DNA of 64,000 nt from an uncultured Phycisphaerales bacterium (GTDB lineage Bacteria; Planctomycetota; Phycisphaerae; Tepidisphaerales; Tepidisphaeraceae), in the NCBI GenBank assembly GCA_963758525.1, contig CAVWVQ010000003.1:544001-608000 (forward strand), read 5' to 3'. Below are positions 49,291 through 58,231 of the stretch, piece after piece; position 1 is the stretch's first letter; each line of letters opens with the position of its first letter. The notes under the pieces were generated by a model. It did no database searches and was not told where the DNA came from. It saw nothing but the letters and a program-made list of their open reading frames with translations. Made by a program: the position numbers and the translations under genes.

Positions 49291-49782
49291 TCCCAAGCAA
49301 TCCTTTCGCCCGATCCGGCAAGCCTGCCCCTGTCGCATCCGTTTCAGGAGGATGCGGCCTTTCAGGCTTGGCGACAGCTTTTCCTGACATTCGTGAAGCT
49401 GCAGCGCCGCTGCGAAGCCATGCTCGCACCATACGGCCTGGTGATGTCCCAATTCGAGGCGATGTTCAAGGTCGGACTGAACCCCGGCCAGTCGCAGCAG
49501 GACTTGTGTGCGGCTTTGCTCCTGACGAAGGGGAATATAGGAGCTTTGGTGGACCGTCTGGAAGGGATGGGGATGATTCAGCGCCGACCAGACGACAAGG
49601 ACCGGCGGGTCAACCGGTTGTATCTTACTGCGGTCGGTCGCGAGCGCGTTGCGGAGATCTTTACGCATCACCGGCTGCTGGTGCATGAGATGATGGAGCC
49701 GCTCAGTCACTCGCAGTTGGGGCAGCTTCGCTCACTTCTGCAGTTGATCGAGCCGGAGACGGCCTCGTGCTCCTCAAGGTAG
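49285..49782 (+). CDS. MarR family regulator
   Basis: TKGNIGALVDRLEGMGMIQR..DKDRR...LYLT..G. Confidence 0.93.
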   Translation: MNSQAILSPDPASLPLSHPFQEDAAFQAWRQLFLTFVKLQRRCEAMLAPYGLVMSQFEAMFKVGLNPGQSQQDLCAALLLTKGNIGALVDRLEGMGMIQRRPDDKDRRVNRLYLTAVGRERVAEIFTHHRLLVHEMMEPLSHSQLGQLRSLLQLIEPETASCSSR

Positions 49783-49862
49783 CGTTTATCGCCGATATAG
49801 TCTGATAAGAGACAGTCTGACGAAAGACTTCTAATTTCCCGCTCAGCGGTGACGAGTTAACC

Positions 49863-51008
49863 ATGCCACAAGCAATCCTCGAAAGAACTGCCCCCGAACG
49901 TGTTGCGATCAAACCGGCTGCGCAGCCTCTGGTTCCCGATGCCGCTGCGGTCGAGGCCCTCCCGGTGCCCGCGCCGCGCAAATCGCTGCATCGACGTCCT
50001 CTGTTCATGATCGTGGTGCTTGCGCTGGCCGTGGCTGGCGCCATCGCGGGGATTCGATTTTGGATTCACGGACAGCATTACGAATCGACGGATGATGCGA
50101 CGCTGGAAGGGCACGTGATTCCGATCAGCGCTCAAGTGCCGGCGCGCGTCCTGGCCGTTCATGTGGAAGATAACCAGCTTGTGAAGCGCGGAGATGTGCT
50201 GGTGGACCTGGATCCCCTGGATTACCAGGTCGCGATCGATCAGGCCAAAGGAAGCCTGGCGGCGATGCAGGGAAAGCTGCGCGAGGCCGAGGCACAGGTT
50301 CCCGCCACCGAGGCCCAGCGCGATGAGGCCAAGGCAGCGCTCGATGCGGCGCAGACCAACTTCGAGAATGCAGATCGTGATTTGAAACGCTTCGAGTCGC
50401 TCGACGAGCGCGCGGTGTCGCGGCAGCAGTTGGATACCTCCACTGCAACGCAGAAATCGGACCTCGCCGCTGTCGAGCAGGCCAAGGCGAAGTTGACCAG
50501 CGCCGAAAGTCAGATCACCACCGCCCAGGCGGTGGTCATCGCCGCCAAGGGCGACGTCGAGAAGGCGACGGCAGATCTGCAGCGTGCCGAGGTGAATCTC
50601 GGCTACTGCCAGATCAAGGCAACGGAAGATGGGCGCGTCACGCGCAAGGATGTCGAGCCGGGCGCGTACGTGACGCCCGGGCAGGCGCTGCTCGCGCTGG
50701 TTCCGCCGCAGGTGTGGGTGGTGGCGAACTTCAAGGAGACGCAACTGAACTACATGCGCCCGGCCAGCCCGTGACGATTCATCTCGACGCCTATCCGGGG
50801 CACGATTTCACCGGTCATGTCGACAGCATTCAATCCGGCACCGGAGCCCGCTTCAGCATGCTGCCGGCGGAAAACGCGACGGGGAATTATGTGAAGATCG
50901 TCCAGCGTGTGCCGGTCAAGGTCATCATCGATCAGGATCAGAGCGACGATGCAAGCCTGCGCGCTGGTTCCCGGGATGTCCGTCGAGGCTGAAGTGAAAG
51001 TGCGTTAA
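49863..51008 (+). CDS. emrA: EmrA/HlyD family efflux adaptor (frameshifts near 50760 and 50960)
   Basis: STDDA, WVVANFKETQL, GTGARFSMLPAENATGNYVKIVQRVPVK, PGMSVE. Confidence 0.9.
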
Positions 51009-51051
51009 GGTGCGGGATTCTGCATCGAGCGCCGATGGCGCGGATTCCTGT

Positions 51052-51156
51052 TTAGCCGCGACGCGCAGCGGAGCGCGTCCAGCAGCGCTGATTGCACATG
51101 TAATGTCATTTGCAGGATACGCAGCGAAAACGCGCTCCGCTGCGCGTCGCGGCTAA
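51052..51156. repeat. REP-like inverted doublet
   Basis: ttagccgcgacgcgcagcggagcg ... cgctccgctgcgcgtcgcggctaa. Confidence 0.85.
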
Positions 51157-51204
51157 CCCGGGTATCCGGACAAACTCTCGTCACTCAACACTTTTGTTGC
51201 CTCC

Positions 51205-52824
51205 ATGTCCGCAGCAGCCGCTCCCATTCTCCCTCCCGTCGCGCTGGCCGAGTCGCGGCCGGCGCACAATCCGTGGCTGGTGGCGATCGTCGTCTCGATG
51301 GCGACGTTCATGGAGGTGCTGGACACGAGCATCGCCAACGTTTCGCTGCATCACATTGCCGGCAATCTTGGCGCGGGATCATCGGAAGCGACGTGGGTGC
51401 TGACCAGCTATCTCGTCTCCAATGCCATCATTCTTCCGGTCAGCGGCTGGCTCTCCAATGTGATGGGGCGCAAGCGTTTTTACATGACCTGCGTGGCCCT
51501 CTTCACCGTCAGCTCGCTGCTCTGCGGGATGGCGCCTTCGCTGGGCTGGCTGCTGGTTTTCCGCGTTTTGCAGGGAGCGGGAGGCGGAGGACTCGCTCCA
51601 AGCGAGCAGTCGATCCTGGCCGATACGTTCGAGCCGCGCAAACGGGGGATGGCCTTTGCCGTGTACGGACTTGCCGTGGTCTTTGCGCCCGCGATCGGTC
51701 CGACGCTGGGCGGGTGGATCACCGATAATTTCTCCTGGCGCTGGATCTTCTACATCAACGTGCCGGTCGGAATTCTCTCGCTGATTCTCAGCTATCGGAT
51801 GGTGCATGACTCCCCCGCCGCCAAGGCCCAGACCGCCGAGACGTGGAAGCATGGACTTCGGATCGACTACATGGGATTCGGCCTGGTCGCGCTGGGGCTT
51901 GGGTGCCTGCAGGTCGTGCTCGACAAAGGACAGGAGGACGACTGGTTCAGCTCGCGCTTCATCGTGATCTTCACCACGCTCTGCGCGATTGGCATCGTCG
52001 GCGCCATCATCTGGGAAGTTTGGATCGCCGAGGACCCCGTGGTCGATCTCACGCTGCTGAAGCGATCGCGATTCGCATTCACCAATCTGCTGATGTTCAT
52101 CGTCGGGTTCATTCTCAATTCGACGACGGTGCTGATTCCGCAATTCGCCCAGCAGTTGCTCGGATACAACGCCACCCAGGCGGGAATGCTGCTGATGGGA
52201 GGCGGGATCGCCCTGATGGTGATGATGCCGGTGTCCGGGATCCTCACCAGCAAGATTCAGCCAAAATATCTGATGGTCTACGGCATCGCGGTGACCTCGC
52301 TGGCGATGTGGCACATGTCCACGTTCAATCTGCAGGTGACCTTCAGCCAGCTCTTCTGGGCGCGGGTTTACCAGGCGATGGCGCTGCCCTTCTTTTTCAT
52401 TCCCATCAACACGGTCGCCTATTCAGATCTTCCGCCGGGGCGATCCAATCATGCATCGGCGCTGATCAACCTGATGCGCAACCTGGGCGGATCGACCGGA
52501 ATAGCGATCGCCGTCCTGCTGCTGGAACGCCGCACCGAGTTCCATCACGCCCGGCTCGTCGAGCATCTCACGCCTTACGATCCCGCCTTCATGAGCGCGT
52601 TTCACACGATGACCCACATGTTCAGCAGCGGCAGCGGAGCCGGCGGTCTGATTGCTCCCGCCACCCGGGCCCTGGCCATGCTTGACGCCAGCGTGCTGGC
52701 CCAGGCGACGATGCTCGCATATTTGGACGTCTTCAAGATCATGGCCGTCGGCTGTGCTCCGGTGATCGTCCTGTGCCTGCTGCTGAAGAAGATGAAGAGT
52801 CATGGGGCGCAGATGGGGCATTGA
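51205..52824 (+). CDS. emrB: DHA2 family MFS efflux permease (EmrB/QacA)
   Basis: FMEVLDTSIANV, WVLTSYL, GPTLGGWITDNFSWRWIFYINVP, LDKGQEDDWF. Confidence 0.93.
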   Translation: MSAAAAPILPPVALAESRPAHNPWLVAIVVSMATFMEVLDTSIANVSLHHIAGNLGAGSSEATWVLTSYLVSNAIILPVSGWLSNVMGRKRFYMTCVALFTVSSLLCGMAPSLGWLLVFRVLQGAGGGGLAPSEQSILADTFEPRKRGMAFAVYGLAVVFAPAIGPTLGGWITDNFSWRWIFYINVPVGILSLILSYRMVHDSPAAKAQTAETWKHGLRIDYMGFGLVALGLGCLQVVLDKGQEDDWFSSRFIVIFTTLCAIGIVGAIIWEVWIAEDPVVDLTLLKRSRFAFTNLLMFIVGFILNSTTVLIPQFAQQLLGYNATQAGMLLMGGGIALMVMMPVSGILTSKIQPKYLMVYGIAVTSLAMWHMSTFNLQVTFSQLFWARVYQAMALPFFFIPINTVAYSDLPPGRSNHASALINLMRNLGGSTGIAIAVLLLERRTEFHHARLVEHLTPYDPAFMSAFHTMTHMFSSGSGAGGLIAPATRALAMLDASVLAQATMLAYLDVFKIMAVGCAPVIVLCLLLKKMKSHGAQMGH

Positions 52825-52829
52825 TTTGG

Positions 52830-53093
52830 GAAGGCACGGAGGCACGAAGGCACGGAGGCACGAAGGGGGGAAAAGGCCGAAGGGAGAAGCGGACAGGGAC
52901 GAAGAGGGGAGGCGATTGCAAATTGAGGATTGCAAATATTGCAAATTGCAAATTGCAAATTTGAAGACGGGGCCCCGTTGCTCGCGCTGGTATTTTCTCC
53001 CGGTTTTGCAAATTTGCAATTTGCAATTTGCAATCCCCAACTCTCCGTATTCGCTTCCCCTTCGTGCCTCCGTGCCTTCGTGCCTTCGTGCCT
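52830..53093. repeat. Nested inverted microsatellites (GGCACGRA octamers outside, TTGCAAA heptamers inside)
   Basis: (ggcacg[ga]a)x4 .. (ttgcaaa)n .. (tttgcaa)n .. (ttcgtgcc)x4. Confidence 0.9.
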
Positions 53094-53228
53094 CTCTTCT
53101 ACTACGTCCGATAACGCTGCAGCTCCGAGAATAGTCCACTTCTGCGCGTCTATTCGCCGATAAAGTTCCAAACGGGCGCGTTTGGATGGCGGCTCTTCGC
53201 CCGCCATCGCTCCATTGAAGGGATTCAA

Positions 53229-53762
53229 ATGTCGGCAATTTCCGGATCAACTTCGCTTCAAACTCTCTTTGCCAATCTGCAGCAAGCGACGGCTTCATCA
53301 GCAACGTCCTCGAACTCCGCGACCAATGCGTCGACGTCAAGCACGGCGTCGCCTCCCACGGTTCATGGCCGGCATCATCACGGTGGCGGGAAGGGGCTGC
53401 GGAGCCAGATCGAGTCGGCCGTCGAGAATGCGCTCTCCAGCGCTACGGCAGGAAGCGACGTCGATCAGACGATTCAGACTGCGATCGAGGGCGTGCTCAA
53501 GCAGGCTCAATCGCCCTCAGGCGCGACGAGCAGCTCATCGGGTTCGAGCACAACGGTTTCCGCCGCCACGACGGCTCCCAATGCTCAAGTAACGCAGCCG
53601 ACTTTCGAGTCATTTCTCCAGGCGCACGGCGTCAATGCGCAACAATTCGCCAGCGATCTGAAGGCCGCGTTCACCAGCGCGTGGAGTACCGGACAAACGC
53701 CAGATCTCTCCAGGCTCTTCTCCCAACTGCCAGCCGGATCGGAAGTCGACGTCCAGGCTTGA
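53229..53762 (+). CDS. Low-complexity Ser/Thr/Ala-rich hypothetical protein
   Basis: AAGGGA RBS; HGRHHHGGG; ends GSEVDVQA. Confidence 0.7.
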   Translation: MSAISGSTSLQTLFANLQQATASSATSSNSATNASTSSTASPPTVHGRHHHGGGKGLRSQIESAVENALSSATAGSDVDQTIQTAIEGVLKQAQSPSGATSSSSGSSTTVSAATTAPNAQVTQPTFESFLQAHGVNAQQFASDLKAAFTSAWSTGQTPDLSRLFSQLPAGSEVDVQA

Positions 53763-53900
53763 GCGGAGGACGGGTTCAGGGTTCAGGGTTCAGGGTTCAG
53801 GGGACAGGGGACAGTCGGGAACCCACAGAACTGTCATGCGCTGGCCGGTTTGTTCCTGCTCCACGTCTGGGACGTTAGACTGCGAACAACAGGAGGGCCC

Positions 53901-54584
53901 TTGACTGAGAATCAGCAACCTGCCGACGTTCCGTTTGCGGCGATTGGGCCGCGGGAACGGCCGACTTCCGTCACCGTCATCGCGATCCTGGCCATCGTCT
54001 TTGGTTCTTGTGGCGTTGTGATGGTCCTCTTCTCCGCCGTGAGCTTGACGATTCAACATAACGCCGCAAGCGTTGCCGGCCCCGGGCCGAACTTCACGAC
54101 GACTGTGACGAGCAGTTCGACCACCAGCAACGGCACTACGATCACCACGAATGTGAACACGGTTTCTCCCTTTTCCGCCGCATACCTGCGTGACCCGGCG
54201 TTCATCGCCTACTCGGTCGTCAACGACTCGTGCTGGCTGGTGCTGGCGGTCATCGCGATCACCGCGGGAATCGGATTATTGAGTCTCAAGGCCGCAGCCC
54301 GCGTCTGGATCATCCGCTATGCCATTGCCGACATCATCATTGGAACCCTGGGGCTCACTTTTTATATTCTGGTGATTCAGCCAAAAATTGCGGCTGCAGT
54401 GCAGTCGATGGTGCTGCAAAACAGCGGCCCAAGCCCGATGCCGAACATGGCGCCAATGATGGGTGTGATGATGTATGTCGGCGACTTCTTCTCCGCCACG
54501 GTGCTTTGCTGGCCGGTGGTGGTTTTGTACATCATGAGCCGGCCGCACGTGAAAGATGCGTTCGGAGTGCCGCCGCGCAGTTAA
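53901..54584 (+). CDS. Hypothetical membrane protein (4 TM)
   Basis: TTG after GGAGGG; RPTSVTVIAIL..; C-terminal MSRPHVKDAF. Confidence 0.75.
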   Translation: MTENQQPADVPFAAIGPRERPTSVTVIAILAIVFGSCGVVMVLFSAVSLTIQHNAASVAGPGPNFTTTVTSSSTTSNGTTITTNVNTVSPFSAAYLRDPAFIAYSVVNDSCWLVLAVIAITAGIGLLSLKAAARVWIIRYAIADIIIGTLGLTFYILVIQPKIAAAVQSMVLQNSGPSPMPNMAPMMGVMMYVGDFFSATVLCWPVVVLYIMSRPHVKDAFGVPPRS

Positions 54585-54638
54585 AGGACCTTTCGATATA
54601 AACCGATTCGGTTTCGGATACGATGCAGACATCTCCTC

Positions 54639-54938
54639 ATGCCCGGGGCCACTCAAGCCATCACGTTGCTTCTCATCGGAACAGGCATCTGTGCCTACGG
54701 GTACGAGTCATCGCAACGAGGCACCGCCTACGATGGCGACGACGCGACAGCCTCCACGCAGCCCTCTTCCGGCTATCACACGTACTACGGCGGCAGCCAT
54801 CACTGGTACAACTCGTTCTACCACTCGGGCGGCTCTACCTCTTCGTCATCTTTCGGCTCATCCTCGTCGCATTCGTCCTCGACCGCGCGCGGCGGATTTG
54901 GATCGACAGCCCACGCACACGCCTCTGCTTCCAGTTGA
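54639..54938 (+). CDS. Small exported Ser/Gly-rich protein, YgiB/DUF1190-like
   Basis: Hydrophobic N-terminus, STARGGFGST tail, directly upstream of a YgiC-like gene. Confidence 0.7.
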   Translation: MPGATQAITLLLIGTGICAYGYESSQRGTAYDGDDATASTQPSSGYHTYYGGSHHWYNSFYHSGGSTSSSSFGSSSSHSSSTARGGFGSTAHAHASASS

Positions 54939-54948
54939 CGGAGCCGCA

Positions 54949-56136
54949 ATGCAACGTTTGGCTATAACGCCCCGCGAGGACTGGCAGAAAATCGTCGAGT
55001 CGCAGGGGCTTCTCTATCACACACCGATCGACGAAGAGGAGCAGCCCAGCGCCTGGTGGGATGAATCGGCGTATTACCGATTCAGCAGCGGCGAAGTCGA
55101 TCTGCTCGAATCGGCGACGTACGAGCTGGACAAGATGTGCCTGGCTGCAGTCGAGCATGTCATCGCCGACAATCAGTTTGAACGCCTGCACATTCCCGCG
55201 GCCTATGTTCCGTTCATCAAGCAAAGCTGGGATGCGGATGAGATCACGATCTACGGCCGGTTCGATCTGGCCTATCCTGGCGGGGACGCGCCGCCAAAGC
55301 TGCTCGAATACAATGCCGACACCCCCACCGCTTTGCTCGAAGCTGCCGTCGTGCAATGGTTCTGGCTCAAAGACGTGCAAAAGAACTGGCCGAATCAAGC
55401 CGAATCAAAACGGCTCGACCAGTTTACGACCATCCATGACCGACTGATCGAAGTCTGGAAGAGACTGCGCGAAGAGCGATCCTCCCCGCGCGTGCTCTTC
55501 ACTTGTTTCATGCAGGATCAGGAAGACGCCACAACCCTGCTCTATCTGCGGGACACCGCAATGCAGGCCGGGCTGCAAACCGAGCAGATCGACATCGAGC
55601 AGCTCGGCTGGAATCGCGATCGCCGGCAGTTCGTCGATGCCGCGGAACTGGCGATCGACCATCTCTTCAAACTCTACCCCTGGGAATGGATGCTGCAGGA
55701 AGCCTTCGGCCCGCGCCTTCTCGAATCGAGCGTCCGCTGGCTCGAGCCGCCGTGGAAGATGATCCTGAGCAACAAAGCGATATTGCCGATCCTCTGGGAG
55801 TTATACCCCGACAGCCCGTACCTGCTTCCCGCGCAGTTTGAGCCGATGCATGGCGTCGCGCACGTGCGCAAGCCGTTCCTGGGCCGGGAAGGGGCGAACG
55901 TCGCGATCGTCAGCCAGGATAATCGGATCGCCTTCCAGACCGACGGCGCCTATCCCGGCCCATTTGTCTATCAGGCGCTGGCTCCGCCCGCCCGCTTCGG
56001 CGAACATCATGCCGTGATCGGAAGCTGGATGATCAACGGCTACGCCGCCGGCATCGGGGTGCGCGAAGAGAACGTTCCCATCGTGGGCCGACGCAGTCGT
56101 TTCGTCCCGCACCTGTTTGTCAGCTCCAACCAATAA
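54949..56136 (+). CDS. Glutathionylspermidine synthase family ATP-grasp protein (YgiC-like)
   Basis: WDESAYY, YGRFDL, LLEYNADTPT, FKLYPWEW, EPPWKMILSNK, GREGANV. Confidence 0.95.
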   Translation: MQRLAITPREDWQKIVESQGLLYHTPIDEEEQPSAWWDESAYYRFSSGEVDLLESATYELDKMCLAAVEHVIADNQFERLHIPAAYVPFIKQSWDADEITIYGRFDLAYPGGDAPPKLLEYNADTPTALLEAAVVQWFWLKDVQKNWPNQAESKRLDQFTTIHDRLIEVWKRLREERSSPRVLFTCFMQDQEDATTLLYLRDTAMQAGLQTEQIDIEQLGWNRDRRQFVDAAELAIDHLFKLYPWEWMLQEAFGPRLLESSVRWLEPPWKMILSNKAILPILWELYPDSPYLLPAQFEPMHGVAHVRKPFLGREGANVAIVSQDNRIAFQTDGAYPGPFVYQALAPPARFGEHHAVIGSWMINGYAAGIGVREENVPIVGRRSRFVPHLFVSSNQ

Positions 56137-56158
56137 CCTCAAAGAAGGGAATCCATTC

Positions 56159-56398
56159 ATGCCCGAAATGTCCCATTGGCCCCCCAATACGTTCTTCGGA
56201 GCGATTCTGTCGACGATCGTCTTCGGCCTGATCGGCATCCTGCTGACGGTGCTCGGGCTGAAGCTTTTCGATTGGATTACGCCGAGCATCAACATCGAAA
56301 AGGAGCTGGCCCAAAACCACAACATCGCGGTTGCGATTGTCACCGCTGCGATGATCATTGGAGCCGCGATCGTGATCGCCGCGGCGCTGGTTGGGTAG
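56159..56398 (+). CDS. DUF350 family membrane protein
   Basis: LFDWITP..I.KEL...NIAVAI; two hydrophobic segments. Confidence 0.85.
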   Translation: MPEMSHWPPNTFFGAILSTIVFGLIGILLTVLGLKLFDWITPSINIEKELAQNHNIAVAIVTAAMIIGAAIVIAAALVG

Positions 56399-56541
56399 AG
56401 CTGAACCGTCGTACATTCGTCACTGAATGACGAGACTTCTTACAGCTTTTAATCGTTTTAAGTCAGAACACGCGTTTTGTAATCGAAAAAAATGAATCCT
56501 AATCGTTTTTGAGCCCGCGGCGGCGGCCCGAATGCCGCGCC

Positions 56542-56937
56542 TCACACCGACAGCGCGTGAATGATCAGATGGCCCTTCTCATCGACGGAACTGGGCAGCA
56601 CCGGCAGATTCTGAGTAGCCGGGCCGTCCGTGACTTTGCCGCTGGCGTCGTAATCGGAGCCGTGACATTTGCAGTGGAACGAATGGTCCTCTTCCGCATT
56701 GACCACGCAATGACGATGCGTGCAGATGGAAGAGAGAACGAACAACTTTCCGCCCTGGCGAACCACGAAATAGCCGTCCTTGCGATTCTTGTCGTACACG
56801 CCATCCGAGGCGTAGCCGCTGACCGGCCCGGCGTCGACCTCGACATTCTCCAGACGGACCGGCGCGTTCTCACCGGCACATCCCGCGACCACCAGCCCTG
56901 CCGTCAACGCCACAAATTCCCGCCGGTTGAATTCCAT
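56542..56937 (-). CDS. Rieske [2Fe-2S] protein with Tat/lipoprotein signal
   Basis: NRREFV, VAGC, CTHRHC and CKCHGS. Confidence 0.92.
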   Translation of the reverse strand: MEFNRREFVALTAGLVVAGCAGENAPVRLENVEVDAGPVSGYASDGVYDKNRKDGYFVVRQGGKLFVLSSICTHRHCVVNAEEDHSFHCKCHGSDYDASGKVTDGPATQNLPVLPSSVDEKGHLIIHALSV

Positions 56938-57078
56938 CTCGATCCTTTCGTGTTGGGGACGCTTCAAAGATAGCAGACCCAGCCAGATCTCGAAACGGCC
57001 GAAGCCGCGTAAAGGAGTCAGGGCGAGTCAGGATAGCGCGGGTTTGCGAAATCCGAATAACGAAGCTGAAACCTCGAA

Positions 57079-58035
57079 TCAATACTCAAACACCAGGCTC
57101 GTATAAATCCCCCAACGCAGGTCCTCGCGAGCGCCTGCATCCATCGGGAATACATATCCCACGCCAAGGCGTGGCTGGAACGTGCCGAGCGAACGGAGAT
57201 TCGCGCGAATGGCGGCGTTGCCGAGGAGGGCGTTATGACCGGCGTCGTCATGGTTCAGCGCGGTTTCGCCGGACATCTCAAAGACAGGGATCAGCGACTC
57301 GATGCCGGGGAGGGGAAGATCCTGGCGATCGATGGTGTATCCGAAATCAAAGCCGTACTCGAACGTGTGCGATCCGCCATCGTCGCCGGAGCCGTAGAGG
57401 ATGGAGTAACCGAAAATGCTCTGAATCGTGATGTGCTCTCCCAGCCGGGTGTCGTTGAAAATCTTGGGAACCAACTCGGCATTCTTGCTCACCGGCGAGT
57501 TCGTGGGAACACCCACCTCGACCGCCGCGCCGAAGGTCGTGTCGAGCCAGCCGTTGCTGGAGACGAATTGATAGAATGGAGCCCGCGCGCCCAGATCGAC
57601 GTTGTCGAATCCGTGAATCCGATCGCGTCCGGTTCTTCCCGTCCCAGGGTTAAAGAAGCTGGACTCGTCGGATTCATAAGGCACCTCGACTTCGAGCGTG
57701 ATCAGGCCGAACCCCTTTTCAATCTCGGCGGTGCCGCTGTCGGAAACAGTCCCCTTCCCTTCGGCGTGAAACCAGTCGAGCCGAAGCTCATTCACTTCAG
57801 CGTCTGAATCGTCCACCAGGAAAGGCTCAGGGAAGACGCCAACGCCATAGGTGCTGCGGGAATCGAGCAAGTTCAAGGGACCCGTTCGGGTGCTGGTGAC
57901 ACCAGACGGCAATGCCTCCGCTGCGGCCGAGAAGCGCGGCCGTGCCAGCAGCATGACAGCGATAACGAGCGCAAACACCTGAAAAATATTGGCTTGCAGC
58001 AATCGGTTCCTTGACAGTTTTTGAATCACGAACAT
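57079..58035 (-). CDS. Putative outer-membrane beta-barrel protein
   Basis: AAGGAGG RBS, signal peptide, alternating beta strands, C-terminal aromatic residue (..LVFEY). Confidence 0.6.
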   Translation of the reverse strand: MFVIQKLSRNRLLQANIFQVFALVIAVMLLARPRFSAAAEALPSGVTSTRTGPLNLLDSRSTYGVGVFPEPFLVDDSDAEVNELRLDWFHAEGKGTVSDSGTAEIEKGFGLITLEVEVPYESDESSFFNPGTGRTGRDRIHGFDNVDLGARAPFYQFVSSNGWLDTTFGAAVEVGVPTNSPVSKNAELVPKIFNDTRLGEHITIQSIFGYSILYGSGDDGGSHTFEYGFDFGYTIDRQDLPLPGIESLIPVFEMSGETALNHDDAGHNALLGNAAIRANLRSLGTFQPRLGVGYVFPMDAGAREDLRWGIYTSLVFEY

Positions 58036-58231
58036 TGGCCTCCTTGGAAAGAGGCGAAACATAGCAAGTTCAGAAATGCTGTCAAGCAACTGCGACTCAG
58101 TCTCAGCACAAAGCCGCGGATGTACATCCGCGGCTACGAGGGGTGTTTCACGGTGCTTGGAACAAGGTTGCTCTTGGACGGTATGTTAAATGCTCAGCAG
58201 CAGTCAGTCGTGAGTCCTTACCGTTGTCGCT

